Source of the DNA: Vairimorpha necatrix
Lineage: Eukaryota
Assembly: GCA_036630325.1 (NCBI GenBank)
Contig: CP142728.1
Coordinates: 1,302,001-1,366,000 of the forward strand
Reading direction: 5' to 3'
Length of the DNA stretch: 64,000 nt
Shown: positions 1-10,456 of the stretch, in pieces
Position numbering within the stretch: position 1 is the first letter of the stretch
Layout: every line of letters begins with the position of its first letter
Made by a program: the position numbers and the translations under genes
The notes under the pieces: generated by a model
Told to the model about the DNA's origin: nothing
What the model saw: the letters and a program-made list of their open reading frames with translations, nothing else
Database searches by the model: none

Positions 1-150
1 CTGCTGTAGAGATTTTTAACTTCCATTGGGGGGAGGAGAAAAAAAACTATATCTTTTTAATAAAATTCAAAAGTGCTCTGTCTTCTATTGTCAGCATTGA
101 ATTGCATTTACCTCTTCTTCATCACATCTTATAATTTTAAAATAGTCGCC
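1..150 (-). mobile_element. 5' end of a Merlin-family DNA transposon, truncated by window start (transposase ATG at 26, minus strand)
   Basis: Minus strand reads cccccca-ATGGAAGTTAAAAATCTCTACAGCA (MEVKNLYS), nearly identical to the transposase start at 43426 (ATGCAAGTTAAAAATCTCTACAGCA). A putative terminus GGCG.. lies at 150, like the GGCG terminus at 43276. Confidence 0.7.
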
Positions 151-354
151 TTGTTTTTTTTTTTCAATTATTGGTTTTTTATGCGTTTCGAAATAGAAAG
201 AATTTTTTAATTAATGAATAAACATAATATATAAAAGAAATCTTTCACTTTGAAAATAATTACATAAAAAGTAAAGAAGTCATTATATGCAATATTCCTT
301 AGCAATATTAAGACTGTACATTTAAATAATATTTATAAAATGTATTTAATTAAA

Positions 355-915
355 TTATTTCTTTCTGCCTTTAAGTTGTTGTCCTTCAGTTGTCTTTGGT
401 TCTTCCTCAGCTGCCTTTTCTTCTTCAGGTTCTTTTCCTTCTTTTTCTTCCTTTTCTTCCTTCTCTTCTTTCTCCTCTTCTTTCTTTTTTGAATCTCCTG
501 TATAACCTTCTAGCCCTTCCCCGAAATTAACCATCTGCTCGTCGGTCTTAGTGGCATGTTCAAGATGCTGCTCTGCAATTTGGAAAACTGACTCAGGCAA
601 AGTTTTTAAGGCCGAATTATTTGCATACAAAGCAAGCAAGGACACGGCGCCTAGTCCATCATTACTGGCCTCTTCTGCTACTTGTGTCATTGTTAAAGCT
701 TTCTGGTTTTTAGGCGCGTAGATTTTATTCTTTACCAATTCTGAATCGGGTTCTGTGGCATCATTCAGCCCCTCGCCATTTACTATTACACTGTCGTCAG
801 CTACCGCATCCTTGGCAGTCTTTTCCGCCTCAGCTTTTTCCTCTGGAGTTTTTTCTTCCGCTGCGAATATGAAAGGACATATAGAAATAACGAAAATTAA
901 AATGAGACTATTCAT
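355..915 (-). CDS. Secreted acidic, E/K-rich protein; possible spore-wall protein (SWP5-like by size and charge only)
   Basis: 186-aa ORF with a hydrophobic N-terminal signal peptide (MNSLILIFVISICPFIFA) and an EEKEEK low-complexity tail. The SWP5 resemblance is from recollection of size and acidity, not from an alignment. Confidence 0.6.
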   Translation of the reverse strand: MNSLILIFVISICPFIFAAEEKTPEEKAEAEKTAKDAVADDSVIVNGEGLNDATEPDSELVKNKIYAPKNQKALTMTQVAEEASNDGLGAVSLLALYANNSALKTLPESVFQIAEQHLEHATKTDEQMVNFGEGLEGYTGDSKKKEEEKEEKEEKEEKEGKEPEEEKAAEEEPKTTEGQQLKGRKK

Positions 916-1333
916 TGTTTTTGAAATATAATTTCTTTTTTATATTTTTCTTTAAAACTTAATGTTTCAAAATGAAACGTTTTAGATTTTTTTGACAAAT
1001 GAAAAAAAATAAATTAAAAAATTAGATATTTTTTTTCATATGTCAAATAAATTTGATTTAAAATTAAATACCTTTTTAATAGTATTAATGAATACCCTGT
1101 TTGAAAATTTGAAACAATTTTAAATTTGTTATCAATAATATTGCTTAGTAAAATAATTATTAAATTATTTTCTTGTCTTATATTTTTTATTATTAAAATT
1201 TATAGTTTTAAGTACTTAAATTTTTATTTATTACAATTTTGTTTGTTTTGTGTTTTAATACAGTTTTGTTTTATATTTTTATTTTGTATCAAAAATTAAT
1301 TTACAAATAATTTTTATTTCTTACAACCCTCAT

Positions 1334-2227
1334 ATGGTTATAAGAGACAAAAGAATTTATTTACAACCGAAAGGAATAAAAAACGCAAGAAACAATTGTT
1401 TTTTTAATTCGAGTATTCAATGCATTTTATCATCAGGAGATTTAATAGAATTTTATAAAAATTCTCAATTTGATGCTTCTAAGCCTGTTTCTAGAGCTTT
1501 TTCTTTGTTTATCGATGAATACGAGAAATCTAACACTTTGTCGCCTGAAAAATTTTTGAATTTTTTAAATAACAAAATAGACATTTTTAATGGGTTACAT
1601 CAAGACGCCCACGAATTTCTTATAAGATTTCTAGATGCTTTACATGAGGAATTACCGAATCAATACAAAATGTGTAAAAATATTAGTGAATTTAAAGATC
1701 ATTGCGCTGAGAATTTTATCGCTAATTTATTTCACAGTTTTTTAAAGCAGACAGTTTTGTGCCCAAATTGTAAAAATAAGTCTGAGACATTTGTTAGTAC
1801 AAATATGATACAAGGAGAAGTCCAAAAAAACACACAAGACATTTTATCAGGCTTTTTTGAGAGTGAAAATGTTGACGGAGGGAAATTATGGAAATGTGAG
1901 AAGTGCAGTTATTCAGATTATGCTGTAAAAAGTTATGAAGTCATAGCTTACCCTAAAATATTAATTTTATTTATAAAAAGGTATAATTCGAGATTTTCTA
2001 AGACACAAGACGACATAGAAGTAGACGAGCAAATAAAGTTCTGTAATAATATTTATTTTTTAAATGGGATAGTTTGTCATATTGGAGATTTAAGTGGAGG
2101 GCATTATTTTTCATCAAGTAAAAGAAATGGAAAATGGATAAATTTTAATGATTCTTCTGTGTCTTCAGGGAGATGTCAATACAGTGGAAATCAGCCTTGC
2201 ATAATATTTTATACAAAAAATAAATAA
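1334..2227 (+). CDS. Ubiquitin carboxyl-terminal hydrolase (USP, peptidase C19)
   Basis: Cys box GIKNARNNCFFNSSIQC, QDAHEFL, CPNC/CEKC zinc finger, His box HIGDLSGGHY, WINFNDSSV; CCC motif upstream of ATG. Confidence 0.95.
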   Translation: MVIRDKRIYLQPKGIKNARNNCFFNSSIQCILSSGDLIEFYKNSQFDASKPVSRAFSLFIDEYEKSNTLSPEKFLNFLNNKIDIFNGLHQDAHEFLIRFLDALHEELPNQYKMCKNISEFKDHCAENFIANLFHSFLKQTVLCPNCKNKSETFVSTNMIQGEVQKNTQDILSGFFESENVDGGKLWKCEKCSYSDYAVKSYEVIAYPKILILFIKRYNSRFSKTQDDIEVDEQIKFCNNIYFLNGIVCHIGDLSGGHYFSSSKRNGKWINFNDSSVSSGRCQYSGNQPCIIFYTKNK

Positions 2228-2845
2228 AAATATTATAAAAATCAAAGTATTTTAACAAATGTATCTAATTTACTATAAACATTACATTTATTCTATTAAT
2301 ATTTAGAGAAATAAAAAAAATTAATTTGTATGTCAAACAAACAAACTATTTTATGCATAAATAAAAAAAATCTGCATAATTTAGGAGAAATAAGAAACTG
2401 CGATTTTTAATATATAGAAAAAAACGCCTGATATTCTTGTGTTTGACAAACAGAAATGGATTAGAAGAATGACAATTTCGTCTTCGTATTAGATGTCTTT
2501 TACCCTGTTTTATTTAGTGTCTCAATAATTTTAAAACTCGACAATCTTGAGACTTTAAATTACTTTTGCAGTTAAAAACATGTCTAATCGACAGATAATA
2601 TTATTTCATATTAATTTATATTAGTTTATTTGTCAAAGCATAATAATAACACTTGTAGATGAATTATCTATGTTATTAGAAAAAGCATATATTAATTTTT
2701 GGTTATTTATATAATAAGATACTATGTTTATGTATAAATAAGATATTATAGAGAGAAACTTTAGTACTGTCTTAGAAAAATAATTTTTTCTGCTTTTAAT
2801 TCGTCCTTCTTAATAATTTAAATCTTTTAGACCCATCTAAAATTT

Positions 2846-5773
2846 ATGAATCTGGAAAATTACAATGAGTCTGTAATAATTTTGAGACTTGAACTGATAA
2901 ACTTTATGTGTCATGATCATATTTTAATAAATTTCGAGAAACAATTTACTTGTATAGGAGGAAGAAATGGAAGTGGAAAAAGTGCTATCATGATTTCTCT
3001 GGGAATATTATTTGGTCAAAGATCAAGTAACTTAGAAAGAGGAAATTCTTTTAGAAATCTTATAAAAACAGGAGAACAATATTTTATTATAAAATGTGTA
3101 CTAAATAATACGAAGAAATTTGAATATGATTTCTTTGGAGATTTTATTTATATTGAAAAAAGAGTAACAATCAAAAATAGTACATTTTCAATATACAATA
3201 AATCTAAAGCAGTCTGGTCTCATAAGATGGAAGATCTTGAAGACATACTTGATGCCTTTAATATCAGACTAGAAAATCCTCTAAATTATCTTACTCAGGA
3301 ACAAAGTAAGAAATTTTTAAGTAGTGCAGATCCCGAATTATTGTATAAATTATTTCTAAAGGGCACAGAAATAGCAGATATAAAATTAATAAATGAAAAA
3401 TATGAGTCAAATATTATGACTCTAAAAGAGACAATAGAAAATATAGAAGGAAATGTGAAGTCAATAGAGGAAAATCTAGAGAAAGAAACAAAGAGAATAA
3501 CTTTAATATCAAATATAGACAATTTAAGAAATATAATAAAAAACGACGAGAATGAATTGAGATGGACATGTATTTATAAATCAAAAAATCAAGCAAAAGT
3601 AATTGAAGATAAAATTTTGAATTTAGAAAAGGATTATTCTACTGAACAGACTACTTATACGAATTATATGCAATTATTAGAAGACTTGAAAGTTCAAAAA
3701 GATTCTGTAATTGAGCAAACTCAGACAATGAGAAATGACAATAAATTTAAAATGTCTCAGATAGAAGAAAAAATATCCATAACAAATAAAAAAATCAGAA
3801 ATATGGAAAATGACTTGAAATTCTTAAAAGAATCTTTTAATATAAAAAAAGATTTATTAAAAAGACTAGAGAAAATAAATACGGTAGAAGATGAAAGAGA
3901 AAGATTTAGAAATAAAAAGATCAAGATAGAAAATGACTTAGGAATCGCAAAGACTCAACAAGAAGAAATTAATAAAATTTATGAAAGAGAAAAGAAAAAT
4001 AAAGAAGAACAAGATAAACAAATTGAAGAATATAAAAAGAAAGTTTATATGTTACAGAAACAAATTGATTATTGTAATAAACAAAGTGAAAATGATTGTA
4101 TTCACCCAGAGATGAAAAATATTCTAAAATTAATAAATGCAACATCTTTTAAAGAGAAAGTCGTAGGACCATTTTGCGATTTTATAAAATTAAAAGAACA
4201 AAAATGGTGGAAAGTAGCCAGCATTGTCTTGCAGAAATACCTGACAAGTTTTGTTTGTTTTAATAGAGAAGATCGAGATAAACTTTCAGAGATTTTTAAA
4301 AGATTTAATGTTAATTTCTCGATTTTAGTACCATCTAGTAAATCTGGAGATTTAATCAAATATGTAAAGAACCCTAATTATAAAGTTTTATTGGATGTAA
4401 TAGATTGTAAAAATAATATAATTATGAATCAACTTATAGTCATGGCCAATATTGAGGAGAAAGCTTTAATAGAAAATAGAACTGAAGCTTATAAAGTTAT
4501 AAGAACAGATCCTAAAAATATAGATTGTATTTATACGATTAATGGGGACATAATCAAAAAAACGAATGGATCAATTTCCGATTTTGCACCTAGAAAATCA
4601 GAGAAATATTATTTTGAGAAACCAAGGGATAAATTGAAGAATGTTCAATCAGAATTAGATTTATTAATGAAAAATAAGCCGAATATGAAAATACCATCAG
4701 AATATGAGAAGGCTAAAACTAATTTAGAGAGGATTTTACATAAAATAGACAAATCTGAAAGAGAGTTGGCCGAGACAATAAGACACTTAGAAAATGCAGA
4801 GGAATTATTTCTTGATAAAAATGAAGTGATGAACAATGAAGATTTAGCAGATTCGTACAGATCTCTAGAAAACCAGATAAATTCACTGAATAAGAAAATT
4901 GAGATGTTAAAAAAAAATATAAAAGATCAAGAAAATGACAAGGAGGATATTTTGAATACAAAATATCCTTCCAGTCTTGATTTAGAAAATCAGATACAAA
5001 AAAATAAAATCAAAATGAATATTTCTAAAGATAATTTACAAAAAATTATGCAGAAAAGAAGTGAACTGAATTATGAATATAAAGAAAAAATGAATGAATT
5101 TGAAATTTGCAGATCTGAATTAAAGAAACAAATACCAGAAATTGAAAATCCTAGGCCAACACAAGAAATTAATGAAGAAATTTCTCGTCTCAAAATTGAG
5201 ATTGAAGAGACTAAGAAAATCGGGAATAAAGACGAGACACAAGAGAAAATTAATGACTATTTAGAGAAGAAAAGATATTATGAAAATATTATAAAAATCA
5301 ATAAAGAGAAGATCGAAGATGTGTACGCTGCCTATTTACAAAGAATAAATAAAAGGGAAGAAATTAAGGATTTCATAGCCAAAAATGCGACACAGAGATT
5401 TGAAGAATTGACACTCAAACGAGGCTACAAAGGAAAGCTTAAGTTTGACCACAGTAATGAGAAATTATTCTTAGAAATGGAAGTGCATAATTTCGGGATT
5501 GCAGGGACCAAAGAGACTTTGTCTGGTGGGGAGAGGTCTTTTGCTGCCATGTCTCTTTTATTTTCCTTGTGGCCTTACATTTCTTGTCCTATTAGAATTT
5601 TAGATGAATTTGATGTATTTATGGATGATTTAAATAGGAAATATATTATTCAGAGATTTATAGAGTATTTTGCTAAGTCAAATACACAAGTAATACTTAT
5701 TACACCACTGAACACTAAAGATCTAGTCAATGATAATGTGGACATCAGAATTCTAAATCCACCCAGGGAATAA
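2846..5773 (+). CDS. SMC6: Structural maintenance of chromosomes protein 6 (Smc6/Rad18)
   Basis: LINFMCHD, Walker A GRNGSGKSA, ERGNS, LTQEQSKKFL, coiled coils with hinge, signature LSGGERSF, Walker B LDEFDVFMD. Confidence 0.93.
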   Translation: MNLENYNESVIILRLELINFMCHDHILINFEKQFTCIGGRNGSGKSAIMISLGILFGQRSSNLERGNSFRNLIKTGEQYFIIKCVLNNTKKFEYDFFGDFIYIEKRVTIKNSTFSIYNKSKAVWSHKMEDLEDILDAFNIRLENPLNYLTQEQSKKFLSSADPELLYKLFLKGTEIADIKLINEKYESNIMTLKETIENIEGNVKSIEENLEKETKRITLISNIDNLRNIIKNDENELRWTCIYKSKNQAKVIEDKILNLEKDYSTEQTTYTNYMQLLEDLKVQKDSVIEQTQTMRNDNKFKMSQIEEKISITNKKIRNMENDLKFLKESFNIKKDLLKRLEKINTVEDERERFRNKKIKIENDLGIAKTQQEEINKIYEREKKNKEEQDKQIEEYKKKVYMLQKQIDYCNKQSENDCIHPEMKNILKLINATSFKEKVVGPFCDFIKLKEQKWWKVASIVLQKYLTSFVCFNREDRDKLSEIFKRFNVNFSILVPSSKSGDLIKYVKNPNYKVLLDVIDCKNNIIMNQLIVMANIEEKALIENRTEAYKVIRTDPKNIDCIYTINGDIIKKTNGSISDFAPRKSEKYYFEKPRDKLKNVQSELDLLMKNKPNMKIPSEYEKAKTNLERILHKIDKSERELAETIRHLENAEELFLDKNEVMNNEDLADSYRSLENQINSLNKKIEMLKKNIKDQENDKEDILNTKYPSSLDLENQIQKNKIKMNISKDNLQKIMQKRSELNYEYKEKMNEFEICRSELKKQIPEIENPRPTQEINEEISRLKIEIEETKKIGNKDETQEKINDYLEKKRYYENIIKINKEKIEDVYAAYLQRINKREEIKDFIAKNATQRFEELTLKRGYKGKLKFDHSNEKLFLEMEVHNFGIAGTKETLSGGERSFAAMSLLFSLWPYISCPIRILDEFDVFMDDLNRKYIIQRFIEYFAKSNTQVILITPLNTKDLVNDNVDIRILNPPRE

Positions 5774-6162
5774 ATATAAAAATGGAGTATTAAGAAATAT
5801 AGCAAACAATTAAAATATATTTAAAATATGATACAAAATTTATATATTATAATTATATTTAAAAATTTATACTCTAAACTTATATTCTATTATATTAATT
5901 ATATAATGTAAAATTTATATTATATTAATTAATATATACTTTTTTAAATATATTGATTTTTCAAAATATGTTTATGTTTTTGGTCATTTTCATACAATTT
6001 TGTTTGTTACACAAACAAACAAAGAAAAATACACAGTAGTATAAAGATATCCATTTTCCCAAATACTACAAATTATTCCATTTTCTTTTTTACTCTTGTT
6101 TGTTTGTTTACATATTTAATTTACAAAAGTATAAAAAAGATTCTGCATATGCCCCCATTGAA

Positions 6163-7149
6163 ATGAATAAAACAAATCTTCTAGTATATTTCGGATTCCT
6201 CTTTGCATCTCGATATGGATTTCATAGTTATGAAAAAAAAAGTAAGAGATCTTGCAATAATTTCCCTTATTTAGACAAACCTTCACGTGGATTGTTTGAT
6301 AGAAGTTCTTCTTTAAGATGTCCCACATCTCGTGTAGATGATATTGAATGTGAAGACAACTTGATTACATTTGCGGCTCTAGATAGTAAATTGGGATGTT
6401 ATTCTAAAAGTAATCTTCTAAGATGCAATTTCTATCTCTTAGAATGCATTTTAAAATCTTTATGTCGTAGTTATAATAATACAAATCATAGTATTGGACT
6501 TGATCGAAATGATGGTAGACATTGTCATGAGCTTTATATAATATTCAAGAGATGCCTTTACTACGTAGACTTCTGTGACTACGAGAGATACAAGAACTTT
6601 TTAGAGAAGAGATTGTATGTAGAATGTTTCTATGTGATTTATAATAATCTTAAGTGCGAGAGAAAACTCTGTGAATACATAGAACTATTAATATGTGCCC
6701 AAAAAGAATACAATATTAACTCATGCTGCTTCTATAATAGCAAGGAGAAATGCATCATCGACACAAGTCTAAAATGCTGCCATGAATCAAAATTCTTGTC
6801 TGCCGATTTCTTGCTCGATCCAATTTGCATTCTCGAATTGAATCTCTACGAAAGAACTCAATTGTTGAACATTGTATTGCACAGATATAACAGAAGAAAT
6901 GAAGCAAGAGATGAAGAAATTAGATGCTTCCTCGAATTATATAACGTAGTGTACCTGAGGAATAAACAATTAGACCACCAAGTTACTGCCTTTGTGCTTT
7001 ATAAACTCTGCTCAGAATTTAGTCTCCGTAATCACAATCGCAGTCAAATTATTTTGATGCACAACTTCTTGAAAGAATATAAAAATGGTCTGCATTGCAG
7101 AGAAGCTTATTTCTTCTGCTTAATGACTTTTGGATCTTGTAAAAAATAA
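6163..7149 (+). CDS. Cysteine-rich secreted protein, probable spore-wall protein (SWP32-like, tentative)
   Basis: ATG at 6163 follows a GCCCCC motif; hydrophobic N-terminus MNKTNLLVYFGFLFAS; very Cys/Tyr/Leu rich. Family assignment not verified. Confidence 0.55.
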   Translation: MNKTNLLVYFGFLFASRYGFHSYEKKSKRSCNNFPYLDKPSRGLFDRSSSLRCPTSRVDDIECEDNLITFAALDSKLGCYSKSNLLRCNFYLLECILKSLCRSYNNTNHSIGLDRNDGRHCHELYIIFKRCLYYVDFCDYERYKNFLEKRLYVECFYVIYNNLKCERKLCEYIELLICAQKEYNINSCCFYNSKEKCIIDTSLKCCHESKFLSADFLLDPICILELNLYERTQLLNIVLHRYNRRNEARDEEIRCFLELYNVVYLRNKQLDHQVTAFVLYKLCSEFSLRNHNRSQIILMHNFLKEYKNGLHCREAYFFCLMTFGSCKK

Positions 7150-7170
7150 ATGTGTTATATTCCTTAAATA

Positions 7171-7466
7171 TCTAGTTTATATATTTATCTATATTAAATT
7201 ATATTCTATGTATATAACTTATCTATATAGAGTCTAGAAAGTTGCCTAAAGGCTAGCTTAGAAGATGCCAAGTGTTGAGTCGAATTTTACCATAGAAATT
7301 AATGGCGACAAATATTTCAATTAATACCTTGAGTATATCCTTAGTGCAAGAACGCTTTAATTTGCTTAATATTTTATAGTATTGTGAAACTATTTGATCT
7401 TGTATGTATTTATAGTCTTATATGCTAATCTTTTATTCTGTTTTCAAAACGGGAAGCATACGCTAG
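7171..7466 (+). mobile_element. Non-autonomous Helitron (about 300 bp)
   Basis: 3' end is hairpin (t)CTGTTTTCAAAACGGG + aagcatacg + CTAG followed by T. A 28/29-bp match occurs inverted at 34952-34980. Candidate 5' end A|TC at 7171 is less certain. Confidence 0.7.
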
Positions 7467-9119
7467 TTAGTTACAAAACTTAATATATGTATTCTTACAT
7501 GTGGTCAAATGAAGACCTAAGGCCGACAAAACAGGCTTCAGACCACATAAAATCATTTTTCTATCTTTTTTAATCTCATCCGTATAAGTCCAAGATGTAA
7601 CAAGGCACTCCCCCGTCAAATCCTCAAAAATAAACCGGACATACTTCCTGATCTTTACATCTTCATTTGTAACTTCTTCTCTAGTCTTTTCTATTAAATT
7701 CTTTATATTTTCTAACTCTGTCTCTAAATTCTCTACTGAATTTCTGTATCCTTTGACTTGTACAACATATCTAGATTCAATAATCCTCTTTACTTGACCT
7801 TTCAGGCAACTTATTATTCCGCCTTCTTTTTTAATATCTCTAATATTTCTAATAAACGAGATCTTCTTACGATATCCTAGGACTCTGTTCGGTAAGGCGA
7901 AATCAAACGAATTGTAAGATGCAGACATTACGGGATTTGAGTCGTCATACTCAAAAATGGATTTATTGGGATTAATTAGTAATTTACAACCAAATAACTT
8001 GATCTTAAATCCCATTGTAAACTTCTTAGACTCTAATAATTTCATAATCAAAGCATCCACTTTGATTTTACAGGAATAATTTCCATCGTATACTTCGAGA
8101 ATATCCTTATAAATATTAAGTACTAAAACTATCATGTATCTGTAAGAGACATCGTCTCCTTCTATGATTCTGCGAATTATAGAATACTCAGAATTAATTC
8201 TATTGGTCAAACTGATCTTCAATAATCTAGTAGTTTCATATCCTAATTCAATTTGTTTGTTTATAAACAAATTTAACCAGGCCCATCTATATTGAATAAT
8301 TAATAGATTTGGATCGGTTTTCTTAAAATCTTCTTTTATCTTGTTAAAATGATATAAAAATCTGTTCTTTTCATCAAGTTCTGTTGAAATATGACCCTTT
8401 TGCGGGCAATTGTAACTTCTTATTGGTCCATATTTATACAATGGTGAAAAGTTTGGGGCTCTGTTCAGAATATCGGCACTAATTACCAATTTTCTATTAT
8501 TTCCAGTTTTAAATCCTACCTCCGAAGAATAAACGGAATTTACATTTGATTTATATTCTCCAATCTCAGAGATAGTATCTTTTTTATCATCGAAAATTTT
8601 AATTCTTTTGACTTCTTCGTTTTCATTGGCTTCATCAACATCTGCGACACTAGAAAAAAATAAATTTTCTTCACTAACCTCGCCTTCTAAATTTGGTTCG
8701 TCAGCATCCACAACGCTAGAGAAAAAGCTATTGTCTTCACCTGCTTCATTCTCTTCATCTGCGACACTTGAGAAAAATATCTCGTCTTCATTGGCTTCTT
8801 CTTCTAAATTTGCATTGTCGACATCTGCAACACTTGAAAAGAATAAATTGGCTTCATCTTCAAAATTTGTATTGTCAATTTCATGCGCACAATTTTTAAA
8901 AGATTGTTCTTTTTTATCTTCTAAATTCTCAGCGTCTGTAACACTCGAGAAAAAAGATTTTTCGTCCTCAGATGTTTGTGAAACTGACAATTCGCTTTTA
9001 TTTGTGTTAATTTCAAATGAATTATTAACATCACATAATAATTCTGAATGATCTGTAGTCTCACTATCTGCTTCTGGACAACTAAAATTTATTTGTTCAA
9101 AATCTTCATCAGAACTCAT
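7467..9119 (-). CDS. BRCA2: Compact BRCA2/Brh2 homolog (one BRC repeat plus helical/OB-fold DNA-binding domain)
   Basis: BRC-like GFKTGNNRKLVISADILNRA; helical-domain IQYRWAWL (cf. NHYRWIVWKL); OB1 motifs SIIRRIIEGDD, LEVYDGNYSCKIKVD (cf. IELTDGWY) and GFKIKLFGCKL (cf. GQKIILHGAEL). Confidence 0.88.
   Translation of the reverse strand: MSSDEDFEQINFSCPEADSETTDHSELLCDVNNSFEINTNKSELSVSQTSEDEKSFFSSVTDAENLEDKKEQSFKNCAHEIDNTNFEDEANLFFSSVADVDNANLEEEANEDEIFFSSVADEENEAGEDNSFFSSVVDADEPNLEGEVSEENLFFSSVADVDEANENEEVKRIKIFDDKKDTISEIGEYKSNVNSVYSSEVGFKTGNNRKLVISADILNRAPNFSPLYKYGPIRSYNCPQKGHISTELDEKNRFLYHFNKIKEDFKKTDPNLLIIQYRWAWLNLFINKQIELGYETTRLLKISLTNRINSEYSIIRRIIEGDDVSYRYMIVLVLNIYKDILEVYDGNYSCKIKVDALIMKLLESKKFTMGFKIKLFGCKLLINPNKSIFEYDDSNPVMSASYNSFDFALPNRVLGYRKKISFIRNIRDIKKEGGIISCLKGQVKRIIESRYVVQVKGYRNSVENLETELENIKNLIEKTREEVTNEDVKIRKYVRFIFEDLTGECLVTSWTYTDEIKKDRKMILCGLKPVLSALGLHLTTCKNTYIKFCN
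8630..8965 (-). repeat. Five intragenic acidic FFSSV(A/T/V)D peptide repeats in the BRCA2 N-terminus
   Basis: EDEKSFFSSVTD, EANLFFSSVAD, EDEIFFSSVAD, EDNSFFSSVVD and EENLFFSSVAD read directly from the translation. Confidence 0.9.
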
Positions 9120-9468
9120 TAATGGGTCTAGGAATCAGAAAATATATTTGAAGAATCCAAAAAATCTTATTTTCAATATGAAAATAATAAAATTGAAACT
9201 GGAAGGATTGGTACTAATTTAATTCATTCACTATATTCTATCAGCAATAAATGCATTTTTAGGACATACAAAAATAGGAACACAATGTGATCTAATAAGT
9301 ACATTCCAAAAGATGGTCTTTTGTACTGTTTTTCTATGTTAATAATTAAATTTTATTAGCATGATTTTTTTCTTAAGATTCATGCAAATTCAAAATATTT
9401 ATACTTTTTTTTATTTATGCAAAATAGTTTGTTGTTTTTAACCAACAAATTAGAATAATTTAAAGTTT

Positions 9469-10041
9469 TTATAATTTATTTTCATCTTTTGCATTATATT
9501 TCATATTTGTAATATCTCCCAACCTATTATTATACTTAGACTTTTCACTATTAAGTATTAACTTTTGGTACTGTTTAATTTTTTCGTCTAATTGTATATT
9601 CAATTCATAATTATTTTGTCTCTCGCGCTCTAAAGATCTTTCAACACGATCCAATGTATTTTTCAATGACTCAATTTCTAATTCATAATTCGCTTTTATG
9701 CTTTTCATTTCATAATTTAGAGTGTTTAACGATTTGTCTGCTTGCTCGTTAATTGCATTAAATATGGCAGATTCTTGGATATTTTGATATTCCCAGAATG
9801 AGATGGCATTTCTACAGGCGTCTAGTATTTCTGTCGGATTGTAGCCTACGATATTAGGCAATATTTCTAGTTCTCTTATCGTGATATCAGAATCATTACA
9901 TAAAGATTTACAGGCTGCACATATTTTCGATTTTTTGATCATATTAAAACATGATTGGCAGAAAACATGTGAACAATTTGTTATGAGACATATTTTAAGG
10001 ATATTTCTTCTACATTTTAAATTATTACATTTTAAACCCAT
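9469..10041 (-). CDS. HEI10: HEI10/CCNB1IP1 meiotic RING E3 ligase
   Basis: LKCNNLKCR...ITNCSHVFC..C...CAAC RING, then GYNPTEILDACRNAISFWEYQNIQE (cf. GLxPEI+..RALAFWxYQ) and a coiled coil; CCCC-ATG start. Confidence 0.85.
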   Translation of the reverse strand: MGLKCNNLKCRRNILKICLITNCSHVFCQSCFNMIKKSKICAACKSLCNDSDITIRELEILPNIVGYNPTEILDACRNAISFWEYQNIQESAIFNAINEQADKSLNTLNYEMKSIKANYELEIESLKNTLDRVERSLERERQNNYELNIQLDEKIKQYQKLILNSEKSKYNNRLGDITNMKYNAKDENKL

Positions 10042-10050
10042 GGGGTTAAA
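10039..10050 (-). promoter_or_regulatory. Microsporidian CCC-like motif immediately upstream of ATG (example; recurs at most genes)
   Basis: aaCCCC-ATG at HEI10; CCC within about 20 nt of the ATG also at 1334, 2846, 6163, 9119, 13150, 13771, 14235, 18074, 19285, 22565, 25388, 27970, 30164, 36569, 41182, 43426, 49726 and 56551. Confidence 0.85.
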
Positions 10051-10456
10051 ACAAATTAAAAAAAATCAATTTAATTTATATACTAAAAAAAGCTTATTTT
10101 TAAATATTGCAGAAATGTTACACAATAAAAACGTGTCGATGTAAAATTATAAGTCAATTTATAATAAGATACGTATTCCATCAAAAAAGGAAAGCAAGTA
10201 AAGGTAAAAAATGTGCAATTTGCGATAATAAACTACAAGGCGAATAATAACACTCAATACTCAGAAAAACAGGTTCTATGTAGTTTTAAAATTTTAGTAG
10301 CATTTAAATGAAGTACTACAAAATATAAGCAGAAACATCGCGTAAAAAAAACAAATAAATATTTAGCATCCCAAAACATAATCAAAAAAATGGCGGGCGC
10401 AATACAAAAAAAAATTCAAAAAAAATAAATGTAAAAATTTTTATTTTAATTTTCTA

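Noticed and set aside
2370-2470. RLE endonuclease fragment (KTPDILVFDKQK)
   Set aside because: Resembles the RPDI..DK motif but is too short to support as a feature.
8608-9051. 147-aa Ser-rich plus-strand ORF
   Set aside because: Antisense shadow of the BRCA2 acidic repeats. The other short ORFs nested antisense in SMC6, OSCA, MCM9 and family B genes are treated the same way.
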